The translations under genes were made by a program, and so were the position numbers. A model generated the notes under the pieces. That model was not told where the DNA came from and ran no database searches. It saw only the letters and a program-made list of their open reading frames with translations. Below, piece by piece: positions 59,083-64,000 of a stretch of DNA of 64,000 bases. The stretch is from Bdellovibrionales bacterium (GTDB lineage: Bacteria; Bdellovibrionota; Bdellovibrionia; Bdellovibrionales; JAGQZY01): NCBI GenBank assembly GCA_964230645.1, contig CAXRHT010000002.1:32001-96000 (forward strand), in the 5' to 3' direction. Every line of letters begins with the position of its first letter. Within the stretch, counting starts at the first letter, position 1.

Positions 59083-59780
59083 TATTTCTCCCGTACCGTT
59101 CTTTGTTCGATGCGTTTTTCATAGTTTTTCCCTTGGATCACTCTTTGAACGAAGATTCCAGGGGTGTGAACATGATCGGGATCAATTTCACCGTAGTCCA
59201 CAATTTCCTCAACTTCAGCCACTGTGATTTTTCCAGCGGTTGCCATCATAGGATTAAAGTTACGAGCGGTTTTTCTAAAAATTAGATTTCCAAAGGGGTC
59301 GGCTTTCCAGGCTTTCACCAAAGCAAAGTCACCGACAATGCCTCTTTCCATCACATAGTGACGGCCGTCAAATTCGCGCACTTCTTTTCCTTCGGCAACT
59401 ACGGTTCCATAGCCAGTCGGAGTGAAAAAAGCAGGGATACCAGCTCCCCCCGCACGTAGGCGCTCAGCCAGTGTGCCTTGAGGGTTGAGTTCGACCTCAA
59501 GCTCTTTACTTAAAAACTGAGTTTCAAACTCTTTATTTTCACCCACATAAGAGGAGATCATTTTTTTAATTTGTTTGGTTTGCAGTAAAAGACCAAGACC
59601 GAAATCATCCACACCGGCGTTGTTGGAAACACAGGTGAGATCTTTAACACCTGTGTCCCTTAGGGCTGCAATCAAATTCTCTGGAATTCCACAAAGACCA
59701 AAGCCTCCGGCAAGAATGGTCATTCCATCCTTTACGCCCTCAAGAGCTTTGTCGGCACTATCATAAACTTTATTAATCAT
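59082..59780 (-). CDS. scoA: 3-oxoacid CoA-transferase subunit A
   Basis: [35 protein letters not shown]; start ATG 59780 overlaps the thiolase stop. Confidence 0.93.
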   Translation of the reverse strand: MINKVYDSADKALEGVKDGMTILAGGFGLCGIPENLIAALRDTGVKDLTCVSNNAGVDDFGLGLLLQTKQIKKMISSYVGENKEFETQFLSKELEVELNPQGTLAERLRAGGAGIPAFFTPTGYGTVVAEGKEVREFDGRHYVMERGIVGDFALVKAWKADPFGNLIFRKTARNFNPMMATAGKITVAEVEEIVDYGEIDPDHVHTPGIFVQRVIQGKNYEKRIEQRTVREK

Positions 59781-60952
59781 AGGTTCTCCACGATGACCGC
59801 AACTGCTTCTCCGCCACCAATACATATAGAAGCCATGCCGTATTTTTTATCGCGAGACTTAAGAGCATGAAGAAGAGTGGTAAAAATTCGGGCGCCACTG
59901 CCTCCAATCGGGTGACCGAGAGCCACGGCTCCACCATGAACGTTGACTTTTTCACGAGGGATGGAAAGCTCTTTTTGAGCCGCCATTGTCACGGCTGAGA
60001 AAGCCTCATTGATTTCAAAAAGATCAATGTCTTCAATCTTCATTCCGGCCTTTTCACAGACTCTTTTCATGGCACCGACGGGTGCTGTGGTGAACCACTT
60101 TGGATCCTGGGCAAAACTGGCTTGAGCCACGATTCGAGCCATAGGCTTTAGAGACTTTTGCTTCATGTAAGTTTCGCTACATAAAACCAAAGCCGCTGCA
60201 CCATCGTTAAGCTTCGAGGCGTTGGCGGCTGTGACCGTGCCTTCTTTTTCAAAGGCCGGGCGAAGACTTGCCATTTTATCAAAGCGCGCTTTTTTTGGTT
60301 CTTCGTCTTCAGTGATGGTGAAAGTTTCTTTTCTTGTTGTGACTTCCACTGGGGTGATTTCGTTTTTAAAAAGCCCCTCGTCTTGAGCTTTCATGGCCCA
60401 CTCGTAGCTTTGTTTAGCAAATTCATCTTGTTCTTCACGAGAAAACTTATGCTCTTTCACGCATAGCTCAGCTGCTACTCCCATATGGAAGTTATTGTAG
60501 GGGTCCCAGAGTCCATCTTTAATCATAGAGTCCGCTGAAGTAACGGGGCCCATTCGGTAGCCAGCCCGTGAGTTTTCAAGAAGGTGAGGGGCTAGGGTCA
60601 TATTTTCTTGGCCACCAGCGACCACGAGTTGAGACTCGCCTAAGCGAATGCTGTCGTTGGCGAGCATCACTGATTTCAACCCTGAACCACACACCTTGTT
60701 CACTGTCATACAGGCGACCGATGTGGGAAGTTCTGCGTAAATACAAGTTTGTCTGGCAGGAGCCTGTCCAGCACCGGCGGTGAGCACTTGGCCAAAAATA
60801 AGTTCATTGACCTCGTCTTTATTGACTCCGGCAGCAGTAACAGCGTCCTTAACCACTGAAGCTCCAAGCTGGGTGGCAGGGGTGGATGAAAATTGTCCTT
60901 GAAAAGATCCAATGGCGGTTCTTTTGGCACTTAAGATATAGGTGGATTCCAT
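59777..60952 (-). CDS. Acetyl-CoA C-acetyltransferase (thiolase)
   Basis: GQAPARQ, NKVCGSG, NDGAAA, EINEAF, GHPIG.SG, CIGGG; AAGGAG SD before ATG 60952. Confidence 0.97.
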   Translation of the reverse strand: MESTYILSAKRTAIGSFQGQFSSTPATQLGASVVKDAVTAAGVNKDEVNELIFGQVLTAGAGQAPARQTCIYAELPTSVACMTVNKVCGSGLKSVMLANDSIRLGESQLVVAGGQENMTLAPHLLENSRAGYRMGPVTSADSMIKDGLWDPYNNFHMGVAAELCVKEHKFSREEQDEFAKQSYEWAMKAQDEGLFKNEITPVEVTTRKETFTITEDEEPKKARFDKMASLRPAFEKEGTVTAANASKLNDGAAALVLCSETYMKQKSLKPMARIVAQASFAQDPKWFTTAPVGAMKRVCEKAGMKIEDIDLFEINEAFSAVTMAAQKELSIPREKVNVHGGAVALGHPIGGSGARIFTTLLHALKSRDKKYGMASICIGGGEAVAVIVENL

Positions 60953-61111
60953 GGTCGACTCCTTCTGATTTACTGGCACTAAAGGGAAGATCAGCTAAAA
61001 AGTCAACATTGTTAAGGCTTTGCGCTTGACAGGATGTGATAAGTTTCTTGTGACAGGCCTTTGTAAAGAGCTTAACATAGAATCGGACTCTTAATAGAGG
61101 AGTGAGAAACT

Positions 61112-62104
61112 GTGAATAAATTTTTCTTTATCCTAATCGTTTTAATTTGGGCCCCTCAGATACAGGCCGTACGTTTTCAACCCATCGTTCAGCCCATTGG
61201 GATGGCTGAAAAAATTGTGGTTCGAGGCTTTAAGGGGCGCCTCCAGATCGTCCCCACAGAGACTGAGACCCTAAAAATTGAAGCGGAGACCAAGGGAGAT
61301 CCCCGGGGTTGGACATTCACAGCGCGCAATGTGCAGAATCACTGGGAGATTCTGGTCAAAGGGAGCTCCGAGCAAGAGGACTTTGAGCAATTAAGAGAAG
61401 GCAAAAATCTACCTCATTTCGAGATTAAGGTCACAGCTCCTCAAAGACCCATGGAGATCTACTGGAATGAGGGGGATGTCATGGTTGAAAATTGGCAGTC
61501 TGATTTGAGCACTCAGATCACAAAGGGGACCTTTCTTTCGCGAAAAGGCAAAGGGCGCTATAAAGTGCAAATGATTGATGGCACCGTTGATTTCGCTGAG
61601 CATCAAGGTGCGATCGACGTGCAAACTTTTACAGGGAAGCTGAAATTAGTGAAAACCAAAGGGGATTTAACCGTCAACAACCACTCGGCCAGTCTTCTCT
61701 TGAGTGAACACGAGGGTCCCATACGCATTCAGAATCATTCAGGCTCAGCTCGTTTGACTGATGTTAAAGGGCGAGCGCGCGTTAAAAACATTGCCGGAGT
61801 CTTCAGGCTCACCAAGTATTCCGGAAACTTTGATGGGGACTTTGAAAAGGGTTCTCTTGTTGCTAACTTTGAAAGTCTACAGAGCTTTAAGGTGAACTCC
61901 GAGGAGGCCGCAGTGACTCTGAATGCTCCCAAAGACTCCGGAGCGCTTGTGAGCTTGCGCTCTGAAAAGGGAAATCTTTGGGGTCCACCCACCTTGAGAA
62001 AGGTCAAAAGAGGGCGCTGGACGGAAAAAAAAGGTCGACTTCGCGGGGAAGAGCAAGGCAACATCAAAATCATTTCCAAGTATGGCGATATTGTGCTTAA
62101 ATAG
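61112..62104 (+). CDS. Exported DUF4097-like beta-strand repeat protein
   Basis: GAGGAG SD; signal peptide; repeated G.I.V...G units; ends SKYGDI. Confidence 0.8.
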   Translation: MNKFFFILIVLIWAPQIQAVRFQPIVQPIGMAEKIVVRGFKGRLQIVPTETETLKIEAETKGDPRGWTFTARNVQNHWEILVKGSSEQEDFEQLREGKNLPHFEIKVTAPQRPMEIYWNEGDVMVENWQSDLSTQITKGTFLSRKGKGRYKVQMIDGTVDFAEHQGAIDVQTFTGKLKLVKTKGDLTVNNHSASLLLSEHEGPIRIQNHSGSARLTDVKGRARVKNIAGVFRLTKYSGNFDGDFEKGSLVANFESLQSFKVNSEEAAVTLNAPKDSGALVSLRSEKGNLWGPPTLRKVKRGRWTEKKGRLRGEEQGNIKIISKYGDIVLK

Positions 62105-62146
62105 GCCCGTTTTTTAACGCGTCCAGTAGAAACATAAAGAGGGATC

Positions 62147-63010
62147 ATGGCCAAAAAGAAAAAAGCGAAGAAAAAGGCGACCAAAAAAAAGGCGACCAAG
62201 AAGAAGGCCTCCAAAGCCACCAAGAAAAAAGCCACGAAAAAGGTGACTAAGAAAAAGGCCACAAAAAAGAAAGCGGCCAAGAAAAAGGTGACCAAAAAGA
62301 AAAAGAAAAAAGTCGCCAAAAAAGCCTCTAAAAAGACGGTCAAAAAGGCGACCAAGAAGAAGGCCAAGAAAAAAGCCACGACTAAAAAGGCAGCTAAAAA
62401 GAAAACGGCGAAAAAGGCTTCCAATAATAAAAAGAAGGCTTCTAAAAAGGTGACGAAAAAAGCGGCAGAAAAACCCGCTCCGGAAAAGCCGGAAGTGAAA
62501 GAAGAGCCTAAGAATACATCAAAAGTTGCCAAGAGCACCAAAGCGAAAGCATCGGAGGATGGTTCGACAAAAAAGAAGAAAAAGAAGAAATCGGCTAAAA
62601 CCCCCGCTGCTCAAACCATTAAGATTGAAAAAGATATCGTGCTAACAGATGCCGAGGGGCGAATTCTTTGTCGAGTGCGCGATTGTGACCAGCCAGCGGT
62701 GGTGGAGAGCTATTGCCGGTATCATTATCTTCTTTATTGGAAGAAGATTCAGATCCGTAAGAAGATTCTTTCTGAAGGCAAGCTTGAGAAGTATATAGAG
62801 GAGTTAACCTCTCGTTATCCCAACAAATATCTCGATCTCATCAAAAGAGATTTGAGCACGGAATCTGACTTCCTCCATGCCATCCAGGAACTTGAAATTG
62901 ATGAGTCCTCTGGAGAGGATGACAACCGTGACTATGATGAAGAGCGTAGTTTTATAGAAGAGGTTCGAGGTGTCAGTGATTCCTCCGACCGAGATGAGAA
63001 CGAATATTAA
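62147..63010 (+). CDS. Histone-H1-like Lys/Ala-rich protein with Cys/His cluster and acidic tail
   Basis: About 150-aa KKA[TS]KK repeat region; CRVRDC...YCRYH; D/E-rich C-terminus. Confidence 0.85.
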   Translation: MAKKKKAKKKATKKKATKKKASKATKKKATKKVTKKKATKKKAAKKKVTKKKKKKVAKKASKKTVKKATKKKAKKKATTKKAAKKKTAKKASNNKKKASKKVTKKAAEKPAPEKPEVKEEPKNTSKVAKSTKAKASEDGSTKKKKKKKSAKTPAAQTIKIEKDIVLTDAEGRILCRVRDCDQPAVVESYCRYHYLLYWKKIQIRKKILSEGKLEKYIEELTSRYPNKYLDLIKRDLSTESDFLHAIQELEIDESSGEDDNRDYDEERSFIEEVRGVSDSSDRDENEY

Positions 63011-63035
63011 ACTTTTTATCAAATTATAATGTTCT

Positions 63036-63072
63036 AAAAAGAGGCCAATATTGAAATTGCGCCTCTTTTTTT
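63036..63072 (+). terminator. Intrinsic terminator
   Basis: AAAAAGAGGC...GCCTCTTTTTTT. Confidence 0.75.
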
Positions 63073-63186
63073 ATCTAAATTCCTCTTAGTTTCGATTTGA
63101 GGGGCTGCCTAAATGTGTCATTTGCATTTTCTATAAAATATTTTCGAGAGGCCATTAAAATAAGAGTCAATCAAGGATGGATTGAA

Positions 63187-64000
63187 ATGACCAAGGATGC
63201 TTTTCGTAATTTTCGCAAAAATTTTGTTCCAAGCTTTCCTAAAAATTGGCTTGTTGAAAGACCGGAGGACGGGAAAATCTTGCAGCTGGTTCCCGACGCG
63301 GTTGTCGGCTGCAATTCCACTGGGATGATCATTCATTGGGACGATAGGGCTGAGAAGATTTTTGGGTGGAAAGCCTCTGAAGTTCAGGGGCGCTCGATTG
63401 CTGAAATTTTGATACCCCTAGAGTTTCGAGCCCTCCACACCAATGGAATGAAGCGGATGGTGGAAACAGGGGAATCCCGAGTGATTGATCAGTTTTTAGA
63501 TCTCACCGCCTTAACAAAGGAGGGCGCTCGTCTTCCCATTGAGATGATGATTAAGCAGACTCGAAGTGCGGGTGAGATTTTCTTTTTTTCTTTCATTCGT
63601 GAAAGCACTCAGAAAAGTAATTTGAAAAAGAAACTCAAAGGTTCCGAGTTAACGAGCCAAGTTTTACGCTTGGCTTTGGAATTCTCAAGAGGACAAATAG
63701 AGCTGGAGGTCTTTTTAAAATCTCTACTCGGAACATTAGGGGCTCACTTTGGAGCCAGTCTTTCTTTTGCCTTTGAAATGGAAGAGGATTTTTTTAATTT
63801 GTTGCCGGCGGTTTATAATCAGACGGGCCTTGATAAAGAAGACCTCATTCGCCCTATTATTGAGGAGATTAAACTTTTACCTCAAAAAAAGTTGCTAATA
63901 GATCGACATGAGATTCAATGGAGTCAAAGCCTGCAAGAAGATAGAGAAAGCCCATTCTATGACTTTGCTAAAAACTTTGGATTTCATGGTTGGGTTAACC
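63187..64000 (+). CDS. PAS-domain sensor protein, 5' part (truncated by window edge)
   Basis: Hand translation VPDAVVGCNSTGMIIHWDDRAEKIFGWKASEVQGRSIAEILIP...KEGARLPIEM; not in the ORF track. Confidence 0.85.
   Translation, partial: MTKDAFRNFRKNFVPSFPKNWLVERPEDGKILQLVPDAVVGCNSTGMIIHWDDRAEKIFGWKASEVQGRSIAEILIPLEFRALHTNGMKRMVETGESRVIDQFLDLTALTKEGARLPIEMMIKQTRSAGEIFFFSFIRESTQKSNLKKKLKGSELTSQVLRLALEFSRGQIELEVFLKSLLGTLGAHFGASLSFAFEMEEDFFNLLPAVYNQTGLDKEDLIRPIIEEIKLLPQKKLLIDRHEIQWSQSLQEDRESPFYDFAKNFGFHGWVN

Noticed and set aside
61735..62541. 268-aa Phe/Leu/Ala-rich minus-strand ORF resembling a membrane protein
   Set aside because: Antisense mirror of the Lys/Ala codon repeats in 62147-63010
1..64000. 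tRNA, rRNA, prophage, defence system or transposase genes
   Set aside because: None recognised by eye in ORFs or intergenic regions; tRNAscan-SE, Infernal and DefenseFinder would be needed to exclude them formally

Overview
Bacterial chromosomal window that looks like Bdellovibrionota (Bdellovibrionales-like). This assignment is inferred from gene content and order: the ffh-rpsP-KH-rimM-trmD-SPOUT-rplS-rnhB-yraN block, CHASE2 cyclase-lptD, ChaN-GYF_2, VKOR-DsbA and many lineage-type hypotheticals. About 60 CDS are present; I found no rRNA, tRNA, CRISPR, transposase or prophage. Housekeeping genes (lysA end, prfC, ffh/trmD operon, lptD, thiolase-scoAB) alternate with accessory genes. The most unusual signal is a family of TGTC-tagged REP-like hairpins: 12 full arms at 5 loci, with covarying stems, G.A flanks and GNA triloops. 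Eight arms form oriented A-(41/42 bp linker)-B dimers with a conserved linker motif, and their outer edges are tandemly amplified with a locus-specific period (18-27 bp) and outward decay. Other notable items: a probable phosphate-scavenging island (TTAACA-like 10-11 bp repeats, nptA, a secreted beta-helix-like protein, a TtpB/TtpC/ExbB/ExbD/TonB/TPR system, a TonB receptor and an ankyrin lipoprotein); a signal-peptide-bearing RAP/Vsr-like nuclease; two sigma28-like promoters placed for leaderless translation; a proline-free hendecad coiled coil; a histone-H1-like/Zn-finger-like/acidic protein; and two small ORFs missing from the ORF track. All family calls come from motif recognition by eye; no searches were run.
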